From assembly GCA_046725585.1 (NCBI GenBank), contig JBKOYV010000160.1, positions 2,742 to 66,741 of the forward strand: a stretch of 64,000 nucleotides of DNA, written 5' to 3'. The translations under genes and the position numbers were made by a program. Each line of letters starts with the position of its first letter. Within the stretch, counting starts at the first letter, position 1. The DNA comes from Gemmatimonadota bacterium (lineage in GTDB: Bacteria; Gemmatimonadota; Gemmatimonadetes; Gemmatimonadales; Gemmatimonadaceae). This document shows, one piece after another, positions 34,327-44,096 of this stretch. The notes under the pieces were generated by a model, which had not been told where the DNA came from, ran no database searches, and saw only the letters and a list, made by a program, of their open reading frames with translations.

Positions 34327-37020
34327 TTAATCGCTCCGGAGCGCGTTCAGCGGATCGACGTGCGCGGCGCGCAGGGCGGGGAGCCAGTTGGCGACCAGCG
34401 TCGCGACGCCAATCACCGCGGCCACCGAAACGAGCGTGGCGACGTCGTAGGGGCTAACCCCGTACAGAAGTCCCGTCATGAGCCGGCCGGCGACGAGCGC
34501 CCCGGCGAGCCCGACGCCGAGTCCGATCATCGCCACGATCATCCCCTGCCGCACGACCATACCCACCACCTGTGCGGGTTGAGCGCCAAGCGCGAGGCGG
34601 ACGCCGACCTCGCGCGTGCGCTGCGCCACGAGATACGACGTCACGCCATACACGCCCACGACGCCGAGAACGAGCGCCAGCCCGGCGAAGGCGCCGAGCA
34701 GCGTCATGCTGAAGCGCCGCTGCGCGACCATCGACGACAGCAGCTGGTCCATGGACGCGACCTCGAACACCGGTTGCTCGGCGTCGAGCGCGCGCACCTG
34801 CCCGCGCACCGCCGGCACGGCGGCGAGCGGGTCGCCCGCGGTGCGCACGACGAGCGTGAAGTAACCGACCACGCGCTGCGTGTGTGGGAGGAACGTCTCG
34901 TAGCGGACGGGTGCGTCGAACCCGGTACGACGCATGTCGGCTACGACGCCGACGATGGTCATGAGCGGCCCGCTGCTCCCGTCGCCATACCGGAAGCGCT
35001 TGCCGAGCGGATCCTCGTTAGGCCAGAAGCGGCGCGCCATCGTCTCGTTGATGATGACGACCTGCGGCGCATCGAGGTTGTCCGCGGCGGTGAAGGTGCG
35101 GCCACGGCGCAGCGGAATACCCATCACCTTGAAGTAGTCCGCCGATGTGGCGTCGAGCGGAATCTCGACGTTCTGCTCCTCGGGCGTCATCTCGCGCCCG
35201 TCGATGCGGAAAATCGTGGAGTTCGGCGTCGAGCTGAGGAAGATGTCCGAGATGAGCCCCGCGCCCTGGACGCCAGGCATCTGCCTCACGCGGTCGAGCA
35301 GGGCATCCTGGAACGCCGCGCGCGCCTGAGGCGTGCCGTACTTCGCGGCCGGGATCGAGAGCCGCATCGTCAACAGGTGGTCCGGTCGAAAGCCGAGGTC
35401 CACCCGCTGCAGGTGCAGGAAGCTGCGAATCAGGAGACCGGCGCCCGTTAGGAGCACGACGACGAGCGCGACCTGCGCGCCCACGAGACCGCGCCGCATG
35501 CGCTGCGCGCGACGCCCGCCCGTGCCGCCGCGAATGTGCTCGCGCAGGGCGCCGCCCGAGGCGGCGCGGGACGACTGCATCGCCGGTACCAGCCCGAACA
35601 AGAGCCCGGTCACGACGGCGAGGCCGAGCGTCACGGCGAGCACGGACAAGTCGATGCTCACCTGGTCGAGCCTCGGAATGTCCTCGGGGGCAAGGCGCGT
35701 GAGGACGCGCAATCCGCCCCACGCCAGCGCGGCGCCTAACGCCGCGCCGACCACCGACAACAGCACGCTCTCCGTCAGCAGCTGGCGGATGAGGCGCGAG
35801 CGCGCGGCGCCGAGCGCGACCCGCACGCCGATCTCACGCTCGCGGACGGCGGCGCGAGACATCATGAGGTTCGCGACGTTGGCACAGGCGATGAGGAGCA
35901 CGGCACCCACGGCCGCCATCATGACCCAGAGCGACGTGCGCAGCGTCCGGCCAACGACCTGTTCCGGCAACGGAACGAGGTAGACACCGATGTCCTTGTC
36001 CACGGGATACTGCTGCTCGAGCCGCCGACCGATGGCGTTGAGGTCGGCCACCGCGCGCTCGAACGGGACGCCGGGGTTGAGCCGCCCGACCGCCCACAAG
36101 AAGTAGCTCGATCGCTGCTGCTTGTTATCGGCGTCGAGCGCGAGCGGCACCCAGATGTCGATGTCGCGTGTCGGGAACGCGAAGCCGGGGGGCATGACGC
36201 CAATGACCGTATACTCGCGTCCACTGAGTCGCACGGTGCGGCCGATCGCGTTGCGGTCGCCAGCGAAGAGACGCATCCAGATGCCGTTGCTCAGCACCAC
36301 GACCGCGTCGCGACCCGGCTCGTCTTCGCCCGCGGTGAACGTTCGGCCAAGGATCGGGCTCACGCGCAGGACGGCAGCCATATCGGGGGTCGAGACCAGC
36401 GCGCGGACCCGCTGCGGCTCGCACTCGTTCTCGCGGCAGCCGGCCGCCGTGAGGTTATACCCGCCCGTGAAGTACGCGGCCGCGGCCGAGAACACCCGGT
36501 TCTGGTCGCGCAGGTCGGCGTAATTGGGCCACGAGTGCAGGTCCTCCTTGAGGCCCGTTCGCCGGTTGTCCATCCACATCTGGACGAGGTGGTCGGCCTC
36601 GGGGTACGGGAGCGGCCGCAGGATGACCGCGTTGACGACGCTGTAGATCGCGGTGGTGGCGCCGATGCCTAACGCGATGGTCAGCAGCGCGACGGTCGTG
36701 AAGGCCGGCGCGCGGACGAACGCGCGGAGGCCGTAGCGGATGTCGTTCGTGAGGTCGCTCATATACTCCTGCCTCTGGCGGCCGCGCTCGCGGCGCCTGT
36801 CGTGGGTGCGCAGTGCCCCGCCAATGCCCTGGACGTCGCCGAACCGCTCGGCTGCCGCGCGGCGGGCGTCGTCGGACGCAAGCCCGCGCGCCTCGTAGTC
36901 GCGCGCGCGCATGTCGAGGTGAAACCGCAGCTCGTCGTCGACGTCCGCTTCAATGTTGGATCCCCAGAAGCGGAGGTAGCGACGCCAAGCCGGCGTCTTC
37001 CCGGGTGACTTGTCCGTCAT
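34327..37020 (-). CDS. ADOP-family permease (PadR-coupled type)
   Basis: ORF 34327..37164 trimmed to MTDKSPGKTPAWRRYLRFW... The ATG overlaps the PadR stop (ATGA). ..ACANVANLMMSRA.., ..RTREVGVRLALGA.., ..PALRAAHVDPLNALR. Confidence 0.85.
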   Translation of the reverse strand: MTDKSPGKTPAWRRYLRFWGSNIEADVDDELRFHLDMRARDYEARGLASDDARRAAAERFGDVQGIGGALRTHDRRRERGRQRQEYMSDLTNDIRYGLRAFVRAPAFTTVALLTIALGIGATTAIYSVVNAVILRPLPYPEADHLVQMWMDNRRTGLKEDLHSWPNYADLRDQNRVFSAAAAYFTGGYNLTAAGCRENECEPQRVRALVSTPDMAAVLRVSPILGRTFTAGEDEPGRDAVVVLSNGIWMRLFAGDRNAIGRTVRLSGREYTVIGVMPPGFAFPTRDIDIWVPLALDADNKQQRSSYFLWAVGRLNPGVPFERAVADLNAIGRRLEQQYPVDKDIGVYLVPLPEQVVGRTLRTSLWVMMAAVGAVLLIACANVANLMMSRAAVREREIGVRVALGAARSRLIRQLLTESVLLSVVGAALGAALAWGGLRVLTRLAPEDIPRLDQVSIDLSVLAVTLGLAVVTGLLFGLVPAMQSSRAASGGALREHIRGGTGGRRAQRMRRGLVGAQVALVVVLLTGAGLLIRSFLHLQRVDLGFRPDHLLTMRLSIPAAKYGTPQARAAFQDALLDRVRQMPGVQGAGLISDIFLSSTPNSTIFRIDGREMTPEEQNVEIPLDATSADYFKVMGIPLRRGRTFTAADNLDAPQVVIINETMARRFWPNEDPLGKRFRYGDGSSGPLMTIVGVVADMRRTGFDAPVRYETFLPHTQRVVGYFTLVVRTAGDPLAAVPAVRGQVRALDAEQPVFEVASMDQLLSSMVAQRRFSMTLLGAFAGLALVLGVVGVYGVTSYLVAQRTREVGVRLALGAQPAQVVGMVVRQGMIVAMIGLGVGLAGALVAGRLMTGLLYGVSPYDVATLVSVAAVIGVATLVANWLPALRAAHVDPLNALRSD

Positions 37021-37361
37021 GCCAGCGACGGTGACGAGCGGAGGACCTGACTCACAGCGCCGGCGTAGCGGAACCAGACGGTCGCTTCGGCCCGCAGGTG
37101 CGAGCGGCCGGCGCGCGTGATCGTGTAGTAGCGAGCGCGCCGGTTGTTCTCGGAGAGTCCCCACTCGGAAGTGACCCAGCCGTTGTCCTCGAGGCGGCGC
37201 AGCGCGGGGTAGAGCGAGCCTTCCTCTATTCGCAGGACGTCATCGGTGGTGGACTCGACCCAACGCGCGATTCCGTAACCGTGCGAGGGGCCGCTGACCA
37301 GCGCCTTGAGGATGAGGATGGCGAGCGTGCCCTGAAGCAGATCGCCGGTGTTGGCGGCCAT
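37017..37361 (-). CDS. PadR-family transcriptional regulator
   Basis: 114 aa. ..LAILILKALVSGPSHGYGIARWV..EEGSLYPALRRLEDNGWVTSEW... Confidence 0.9.
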   Translation of the reverse strand: MAANTGDLLQGTLAILILKALVSGPSHGYGIARWVESTTDDVLRIEEGSLYPALRRLEDNGWVTSEWGLSENNRRARYYTITRAGRSHLRAEATVWFRYAGAVSQVLRSSPSLA

Positions 37362-37363
37362 AA

Positions 37364-37390
37364 CTGTCCCTTGGCAAGACTATGGGACAG
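37364..37390. promoter_or_regulatory. inverted repeat CTGTCCC-N13-GGGACAG abutting the padR start (candidate operator)
   Basis: Perfect 7-bp arms, 3 nt upstream of the ATG at 37361. A second small hairpin TCTTGCGA-AGA-TCGCAAGA lies at 37401..37419. Confidence 0.35.
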
Positions 37391-37434
37391 GGTAGAGCAA
37401 TCTTGCGAAGATCGCAAGACCCAACGCCGTATGA

Positions 37435-37468
37435 AACTGATGACCGAGTACGTACTCGGTCATCAGTT
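37435..37468 (-). terminator. perfect 34-bp palindrome (17-bp stem) downstream of the tricorn-like gene
   Basis: AACTGATGACCGAGTAC|GTACTCGGTCATCAGTT, 13 nt after the stop at 37481. The U-tract is weak (..GUUUCAU). Confidence 0.5.
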
Positions 37469-37480
37469 CCCGCTCCGGGA

Positions 37481-40400
37481 TCAGAACGGCTTGACTCGCT
37501 TGCCCCACGTCGGTGGCGGCGGCTCCGCCATCAGACGATCGCCCGGGTTCGCGGCGAGAAGCCTCATCGCCTCCTGGACCGCGCGTTCCAGCTGTGGATC
37601 GCGACCCGCGATCACGTCCTTGGGCCAGTTCTCGACGTCGATGTCAGGCGCCACGCCTTCGTTCTCCACGGCCCACTTGTTGTCGCGCGCGAAGAACCCG
37701 AACCGCGGTGCGATCATCGACCCGCCGTCAACGAACGGCGGCGTGTCGCTCGTGGCGACGAGACCGCCCCACGTCCGCTTGCCCACGAGCGGCCCGATCT
37801 TGCGGCGCTTGAACATGTACGGCATGAGGTCGCCGCCCGAGCCGGCCATTTCGTTGATGATCATGACCTTCGGACCCCAGATGCCCGATGCAGGGCTCGT
37901 GAACGGCACGCGATCGCCGGCGGGGTTGTTGAAGTACCCGTCGTAGTCGCGGCCGAGGATGTCGACGATGTAGTCGGCCGCGGATCCGCCGCCGTTGTAG
38001 CGCTCATCGATCACGGCGCCTTTGCGATCCTGCTGCGCGAAGTAGTAGCGGTTGAAGCTCGTGTAGCCGGGCTGCCCGGTGTTCGGGACATACACGTAGG
38101 CGAGCTTGCCGTTGGAGAGCGAGTCGACGAGGTGCCGGTTGCGCTCCACCCACGCGCGTGTGCGGAGGCCCTGTTCGTTCGCGACGGGAATGACCGTGAC
38201 CTGTCGCGCGCCCTCGATAGCCGGCCGCGAGTTCACCGCGATGACTGTCTGCTTGTTCGCCGTACCGTCGAGCAGCCGGTAGATGTTGTCCGGCGCTTTG
38301 AGCTCGACGCCGTTGATGGCGACGATGTAGTCGCCCTTGCTCACGTTGACGCCGGGCATGGCGAGCGGCGCACGCAGCTCGGGGTTCCAGGCCTCGGTGT
38401 CGTAGATGCGGGCGATCCGGTACCGCCCGTTCTCGATGGTAAAGTCGGCGCCTAACAAGCCACCGTTGGCCTGCGGCACTTCAGGCATCTCGCCACCGCG
38501 CACGTACGAGTGCCCGATGGCGATCTCCGCGCCCATCATGTCGAGCAGGTAGTTGAGATCGGCGCGGTGGTTCACGTACGGGAGGAGCTGGCCGTACATC
38601 TGCTTCATCTTCGGCCAGTCGGTGCCGTGCAGGTTCTTCACGTACAGGTTGTTGCGCTCGTTGCGCCACCCTTCGTTGAAGATCTGGCGGAACTCCGCCC
38701 TGGGGTCGATGAACGCGCGGAGCTGCGCCGTCAGGCGACCCTGCCCGGCCTGCGGCGGCTGCTTGTCGGTGTCCACGAGGTAGAGCGCGGGGCCGGCGCC
38801 GGCGCCCTGGGCGGCGCCACCGCCCTGACCACCGCCGCCACCGCCGGTCCGATACAGCAGCTTGCGGCCGTCGGCGCTCACGACGTACTGCGCCACACCC
38901 TGGGCGACGAACGGAACCGCTTTGCGCGTGCTCAGTTGATAGCGATGCAGGGTGTTGTTGCCGCCACCGCCGAAGCCGCCACCCGGACGATCGGTCGTGC
39001 CGGTGGCCGGGATTGGTTCGAGGAAGAACACGGTGCCCGGCGGGCCGGCGCGGAGCTGTGCGTAGTCGCGCAGTGCCAGATCGGGCACCGCCACGATCCG
39101 CTGCTGGATGCCGTCGAAGTCGATGCGAACCGGACGCCCGGGCACGGCGCGCTGGGCGTTAGGCATCGAGTCCGGAGCCTCCGCGTTCTGCGCGGGGTTG
39201 GTGGTGGCGCCGCGCGCTGGCGGCGCGGCACTGTCGGGTCGGTTCGGGACCTCCCGGCCCGGCTCGCGCGGCGGGCGACCAGCGCGCGCGGCTTCCTCGT
39301 CGCTCTCAGGGAGCAGCGGCGACGAGTCGGCCTTCGACAGCACCATCAGGTAGAGGCCACGCGTCGTCGCGCGCTCGTACGCCGACATGTCGAGCACCGA
39401 CGAGTTGAGACCGTAGTTCGTGGACCCGAAGAACCAGACATACTTGCCGCTCGCGTCCCACGCGGGCGACGTCGCATCGGCGAGGCCGTCGGTGATCTGG
39501 TGCTTCTCGCCGGTCTGTGTGTCGTACAGGAAGATCGCCCGAAAAAGTGACGGCAGGTGCTTCGGGTACGCGATATAGCGCGAGTCCGGGCTCCACACCG
39601 GCACGATGGAGCGGTCCGCGTTATAGAACGGGTCCGCGTCCGTCACCTTCACGTTCCCGCTGGCCACATCCACGAGCCACAGGCGATAGTGGGTGTCCTG
39701 GAACGCGATCCGCTGCCCGTTAGGCGACCACGCCGGCGAGAAGAACCGGCTTGGCTCGGGAATCGTGATCTCGCGCGGCGGCGTGAGCCCATCCTGCGAC
39801 GCGATGTAGAGTTTGTATTCGCCCGATTTGTCGCTGAAGTACGAGACGGACCGCCCGTCCGGAGACCACGCCGGCCAGATCTCCGCCGACCCGCTCGAGC
39901 TCGTGAGGTTGCGCACGTCGCCCTTTTCGGCCGGGATCGTGAAGATCTCGCCGCGCGCCTCGACCGCGGCACGCTTGCCGGTCGCGGACAGGGCGAGGTT
40001 CGTCATGCGGTTCGAGACGTCCTTCCACTGCGGCATCATCCACGGGAAGTCCCCCGTGGCGGCGATGTTCACGACGCGGTCGCGCTCGGAGCCGGGGTCG
40101 ATCTCGTGGATGTAGCCGGCCTGCTCGAAGACGAGCACGCCCGCACCGGCGTCGAGTGTCTTCACGTCGAAGTCGCCGTAGTTCGTGATCTGGCCGAGCT
40201 TCTTGGTGCGCGTTTCGTAGGCCCAGATGTTGGAGACGCCGTCGCGGTCCGAGAGGAAGTACACGACGTCGCCCAACCACACCGGGTCCATGTCCTTCGA
40301 GTCCTTCCACGGCGGCGACTCGAGCTCGAACGTCTTGAGATCGACGATCCAGATCGGGCGGTTCTGGCCGCCGCGGTAGTTGCGACGCTCCTCGTCCCAC

Positions 40401-40939
40401 GAATTGTTCATGCGGTAGGCGATCCGCTTGCCGTCGGGCGAGATCTTGCCCTGGTAGGCGCGCGGCAGCACCATCGGCTCCTCGACGCCGCCTTCGAGCG
40501 GCACGGTGTAGAAGCGCGGTGCGGCGTTAGGCGCGTTCGCCGCCCGGCCGGTCGAGAACATGACGCGCTTGCCGTCGGGGGTCCATCCCTGAACGAGGTC
40601 GGCGCCGGGATGCCAGGTGAGGCGCTTCGGCTGGCCACCGGTTTCCGCCGCAGCGGCGGGATCGGTCGCCACGACATACACGTCCGTGTTCCCACCGTAC
40701 TCGGCGCTGAACGCCACCCACTTGCCGTCGGGCGAAAGCTTCGGGTTCTGCGTTTCCCCCTGGAAGCTCGTGAGGCGCCGCGCCGCGCCGCCGCCGCGGT
40801 CCACGACCCAGATGTTGTTCGCGTACGCGAACGCGATGTGTTTTTCGCTGACGGTGGGGCTGCGCAGCATGCGGGTCTGCGCGGCGGCGGGCGCGGCTGA
40901 CACGACCGCGAGGGCGAGAGCAAGACGAAGGTGGCGCAT
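37481..40939 (-). CDS. tricorn-protease-like multidomain peptidase (beta-propellers + PDZ + S41-like domain)
   Basis: 1152 aa with a signal peptide. TolB-like repeats (..LSPDGKWVAFSAEYGGNTDVYV.., ..WSPDGRSVSYFSD.., ..WSPNGQRIAF..) and a C-terminal S41-like region (..NGGGSAADYIV.., ..INEMAGSGGD..). Confidence 0.85.
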   Translation of the reverse strand: MRHLRLALALAVVSAAPAAAQTRMLRSPTVSEKHIAFAYANNIWVVDRGGGAARRLTSFQGETQNPKLSPDGKWVAFSAEYGGNTDVYVVATDPAAAAETGGQPKRLTWHPGADLVQGWTPDGKRVMFSTGRAANAPNAAPRFYTVPLEGGVEEPMVLPRAYQGKISPDGKRIAYRMNNSWDEERRNYRGGQNRPIWIVDLKTFELESPPWKDSKDMDPVWLGDVVYFLSDRDGVSNIWAYETRTKKLGQITNYGDFDVKTLDAGAGVLVFEQAGYIHEIDPGSERDRVVNIAATGDFPWMMPQWKDVSNRMTNLALSATGKRAAVEARGEIFTIPAEKGDVRNLTSSSGSAEIWPAWSPDGRSVSYFSDKSGEYKLYIASQDGLTPPREITIPEPSRFFSPAWSPNGQRIAFQDTHYRLWLVDVASGNVKVTDADPFYNADRSIVPVWSPDSRYIAYPKHLPSLFRAIFLYDTQTGEKHQITDGLADATSPAWDASGKYVWFFGSTNYGLNSSVLDMSAYERATTRGLYLMVLSKADSSPLLPESDEEAARAGRPPREPGREVPNRPDSAAPPARGATTNPAQNAEAPDSMPNAQRAVPGRPVRIDFDGIQQRIVAVPDLALRDYAQLRAGPPGTVFFLEPIPATGTTDRPGGGFGGGGNNTLHRYQLSTRKAVPFVAQGVAQYVVSADGRKLLYRTGGGGGGQGGGAAQGAGAGPALYLVDTDKQPPQAGQGRLTAQLRAFIDPRAEFRQIFNEGWRNERNNLYVKNLHGTDWPKMKQMYGQLLPYVNHRADLNYLLDMMGAEIAIGHSYVRGGEMPEVPQANGGLLGADFTIENGRYRIARIYDTEAWNPELRAPLAMPGVNVSKGDYIVAINGVELKAPDNIYRLLDGTANKQTVIAVNSRPAIEGARQVTVIPVANEQGLRTRAWVERNRHLVDSLSNGKLAYVYVPNTGQPGYTSFNRYYFAQQDRKGAVIDERYNGGGSAADYIVDILGRDYDGYFNNPAGDRVPFTSPASGIWGPKVMIINEMAGSGGDLMPYMFKRRKIGPLVGKRTWGGLVATSDTPPFVDGGSMIAPRFGFFARDNKWAVENEGVAPDIDVENWPKDVIAGRDPQLERAVQEAMRLLAANPGDRLMAEPPPPTWGKRVKPF

Positions 40940-41131
40940 GAGACGGGGCGCGGTTCGGGTGCGCGGGGAAGTGCTCGGGCAGGGTGTTAAGCATTGCGCG
41001 GGGCGATGCGGTCGGCTAGTGCAACCGTGGCCGGCATCTCTCCCGCTTTTCCTGTTGGGTTCGTGATGTCTCGCGCTTGCGACGCCCGCGGTCTAGACTT
41101 GGACCGGTAGTCTCTCGAGGGAGCAGTTGTT

Positions 41132-42625
41132 GTGGCAGTACAATCCACGCGAGCCACGTACCTCGTGGCGACGCGCCCGCGCACCGACCTGCAGACCGCG
41201 TCGTGGCGCATGTTGCGGGAGGAGTGGGCCGCCGACTCGGCGGCCGCCGCGGAGTGTGAGGAGTGGGAGCGCGAGCGCGCTCGCGTGCGACCCCAGATGG
41301 TCGCCCTCCTCCAGCGGTTTCTCACCGGAGGCATCGGGCTCGAGCAGTTTCGATCGACGTTCGACCGTCGCACGCGAACCGACTGGGACGCGTTCGCGCT
41401 CAAGGGTGCCTCCGGCGCGATGTTTCTCAACGCGCTCGTCAAGCACACGGCCCACCGGGTAGTACTCGCTCGGCAATTGCGCGCGGCGTTCCGCGCGCCG
41501 AAGGACGTCGACACCGCCGCCGCCCAACTCGCCGAGCTCATCGGCGCGGTCGCTCCCCCGGTGCTGGCGCTCGACACCAACGAGCACGGCGAGAGTCCCG
41601 CGGAGAAGCCGGTCGTCGCGCCGGCGCACGCCGCCTTCTTCGCGACGATGTGCTGGCACCTCCAGACGCCCGATCAGTGGCCGGCGTTCCAACCGTCATC
41701 GCGGCGGGTGCTCCATGATGAAGAGGATCTGTTCACCGCGACCGGTGACCCGATACACGACTATCTGCTCTTTCGTGAGTCGTTCCTCTCGCTTGCTGCG
41801 GTCCTCTCCCTCACGACGTGGCAGCTCGAACATCTGTGCTGGTGGCAGTCGCAACGGTTGCATGAAACGGACGAGCCGCTCTTCGGGTTCGAGGAGGCGC
41901 CGAGTCGCGGCCGACCGAAGACACGCCGGACGGTCGGGGACAGGTCGGCGCCGCGCCTAACGTGGGTCGAGCCGTCGGTGCGAGCGAGCATGCCCCTCGC
42001 CCGGGCGCATCGCGATTCCTCGCCTTCGCGGCCTGACAGCCGCTCCACTCGGAATGACAGAGTCCGGGAAACGCCTCCGCCCTACGTGCCCTTCACCGAC
42101 ACGCCGACGCTCGACCACACGCACGTGCAGTGGCTGCTGGCGAAGGTCGGCAAGCAGCTCGGATGCCGGGTGTGGATCGCGGCGAACGACCGGCGGCGCC
42201 AGTGGGGAGGCGAGCCACTGGGCTCGCTGAGCGTGCCAGCGCTGCCACCCCTCGGCCTCAGTGCCGACTCGCAGCGCGTGATCTCGATGATCGACGTCGT
42301 GTGGCTGACCGGTGTGAACCAGGTGGCCGCGGCGTTCGAGGTCGAGCACACGACCTCAGTCTATTCGGGATTGCTCCGGATGGCGGACCTGGCCGCGCTC
42401 TCGCCGAACCTGAGTTTCCCGCTCTATGTAGTCGTTCCGGCCTCGCGCCTGCCGAAGGTGCGGCGTGAGCTCGTGCGCCCGACGTTCCGCGCGCTCGGGC
42501 TCGACCACCGCTGCCGATTCTTCTCGAGCGAGGCGCTGCTCAAGGCACTGCCGAGCCTCGCGCGATGGGCAACCGGGCCCGAGGCCATCGAAAAGCTCGC
42601 CGAGGCGGTGATGGCGGCCGATTGA
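41132..42625 (+). CDS. hypothetical protein with a C-terminal restriction-endonuclease-like (PD-(D/E)xK-type) module
   Basis: 497 aa. The C-terminus ..HVQWLLAKVGKQLGCRVWIAANDR...ISMIDVVWL..AAFEVEHTTSVYSGLLRMADL..PLYVVVP..VRRELVRPTF.. has a nuclease-like beta-strand/acidic pattern. A disordered R/S/P linker separates it from an unknown helical N-terminal domain. Start uncertain (GTG 41132 or a later ATG). Confidence 0.55.
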   Translation: MAVQSTRATYLVATRPRTDLQTASWRMLREEWAADSAAAAECEEWERERARVRPQMVALLQRFLTGGIGLEQFRSTFDRRTRTDWDAFALKGASGAMFLNALVKHTAHRVVLARQLRAAFRAPKDVDTAAAQLAELIGAVAPPVLALDTNEHGESPAEKPVVAPAHAAFFATMCWHLQTPDQWPAFQPSSRRVLHDEEDLFTATGDPIHDYLLFRESFLSLAAVLSLTTWQLEHLCWWQSQRLHETDEPLFGFEEAPSRGRPKTRRTVGDRSAPRLTWVEPSVRASMPLARAHRDSSPSRPDSRSTRNDRVRETPPPYVPFTDTPTLDHTHVQWLLAKVGKQLGCRVWIAANDRRRQWGGEPLGSLSVPALPPLGLSADSQRVISMIDVVWLTGVNQVAAAFEVEHTTSVYSGLLRMADLAALSPNLSFPLYVVVPASRLPKVRRELVRPTFRALGLDHRCRFFSSEALLKALPSLARWATGPEAIEKLAEAVMAAD

Positions 42626-42637
42626 CGCTGCCGCCGG

Positions 42638-43744
42638 TTACCCGCCCACATCGTAGATGGCCGTCAACGCCTGCGCCTTCGCCACGTCATCGAGGATGTC
42701 GGTCGAATCGGCGAATTGATCGACCGCGCCCACGTACGGGGCGAGCGCGCGGACCGTCGGCGACTCGATGGCGCCGAGGAGCGCGCCGGTGAACCGCATC
42801 GCGTGGGGCACCTGATACGGCCGTCCGAAAAACGGAGCCAGCCGCGGCTCGACGGGCTCCGTCAGCCCGAGCTCGTTATGCATCGCGCCGACCTGCAGGT
42901 ACGCGCGGCCGAGCACCGCCTCGCGCGTCCTCCAGTCGGTCGTGCTCATCACGTCGTGAAAGATCGGCGTCAGGGTGGCGGCGCAGCGCAGACGCGAGAA
43001 CGCCCTCCCGAACCACTTGAAGTAGGGCCAGTACTCGCCCTCGATCAGGAAGCACAGGCGCATGAGCTCGACGACCAATCGAGTCGCGACAACGCGTGAC
43101 CCGAGCTCGTCACCGACGTCGCCACACCGGCCCACCCACGGTTCCTCCTGGTCGATGCGCCGCCACTGGTTGGCCATGCGGTAGAGCCAGACGTCACGCG
43201 GATACCAGTGAACCCGTTCGCGCGCGGCGGCGAGTCCCAGGCCGTCGTGGAAGACGCGTCCGGCCCGCACGGTTCGCAGTCGCTGCGACGGGATCGCGAG
43301 CCACGCGCGCTCGTCGATCGGTCGAGTAGCATCCACACCGAGGTACGCGCGCGTGAAGCGCGCGATGGTCGTGACGTCCACGCCGTGTGTGATGGGGCGG
43401 CGGTCCGTGGCGGTGAGGAAACCGCCGTCGACGTTAGGCTCACCGAAGTGCGTGGGGTAGCCGTCGACCGTGAACGGAAGCTCGTTCCCCAGCATCGTCA
43501 AGATTGCTTCCCCGTGGCGGGTGAGGTCCTCGTCCGTAAGAAACAGCGTCGTTTTCGGGCCCCAGTGATGGTCGCGCGATTGCGCGGTGTCGAAGCCCAT
43601 GACGTCGGACCCCCGGCCGAGGTGCGCAGCGCTGTAGCGAAGCGCGCGGAAGTGCCTCGCGAGCAGCGGCTCGACCGCCGTCCGGAAGAACTGCTCGGAG
43701 AGCGCCAGCCCCGGGACGAACGGCGGCAGGGCATCCGCCGCCAT
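42638..43744 (-). CDS. DUF4037-like protein
   Basis: ORF trimmed to MAADALPPFVPGL... ..GSDVMGFDTAQSRDHHWGPK.., ..DVWLYRMANQWRRI... Family recognised from memory only. Confidence 0.55.
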   Translation of the reverse strand: MAADALPPFVPGLALSEQFFRTAVEPLLARHFRALRYSAAHLGRGSDVMGFDTAQSRDHHWGPKTTLFLTDEDLTRHGEAILTMLGNELPFTVDGYPTHFGEPNVDGGFLTATDRRPITHGVDVTTIARFTRAYLGVDATRPIDERAWLAIPSQRLRTVRAGRVFHDGLGLAAARERVHWYPRDVWLYRMANQWRRIDQEEPWVGRCGDVGDELGSRVVATRLVVELMRLCFLIEGEYWPYFKWFGRAFSRLRCAATLTPIFHDVMSTTDWRTREAVLGRAYLQVGAMHNELGLTEPVEPRLAPFFGRPYQVPHAMRFTGALLGAIESPTVRALAPYVGAVDQFADSTDILDDVAKAQALTAIYDVGG

Positions 43745-43746
43745 CG

Positions 43747-44052
43747 TCAGGGCATCCAGCCCGGTGGCAGGCCTTCGACGAGCAGCATGCGAGTGCTCGC
43801 CGTTGCATGACGGAGCTTCTTGGCCTCCGCGTACTCCGGCGACGCCCACCAGGCGCGGGCGCGGTCGGCGTTCTCGAACTCGAGGATCACGAAGCGCGGC
43901 GGGGTCCAGTCGCCCTCGAGCGTTTCCGTCTTGCCGCCTCGGGCGATGTAGCGGCCGCCGTACTGATAGATCGAAGGCGGCGCGAGATCCTTGTAACGGG
44001 CGTAGCGTTCGGGGTCGTGGATATCCACTTCAACGACGACGTAGGCTGGCAT
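43747..44052 (-). CDS. DUF1330-domain protein
   Basis: 101 aa. MPAYVVVEVDIHDPERYARYKDLAPPSIYQYGGRYIARGG..LEFENADRARAWWASPEY... Confidence 0.75.
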   Translation of the reverse strand: MPAYVVVEVDIHDPERYARYKDLAPPSIYQYGGRYIARGGKTETLEGDWTPPRFVILEFENADRARAWWASPEYAEAKKLRHATASTRMLLVEGLPPGWMP

Positions 44053-44096
44053 GTTCTAAAGGTTGGTGAGTGGTTCCGAGGAAGGGGAAATCGTTT

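Noticed and set aside
37382-40900. Three long plus-strand ORFs (37382..38455, 38510..39550, 39557..40900)
   Set aside because: All are antisense shadows of the 1152-aa tricorn-like gene. Their products are low-complexity Arg/Asp/Val-rich.
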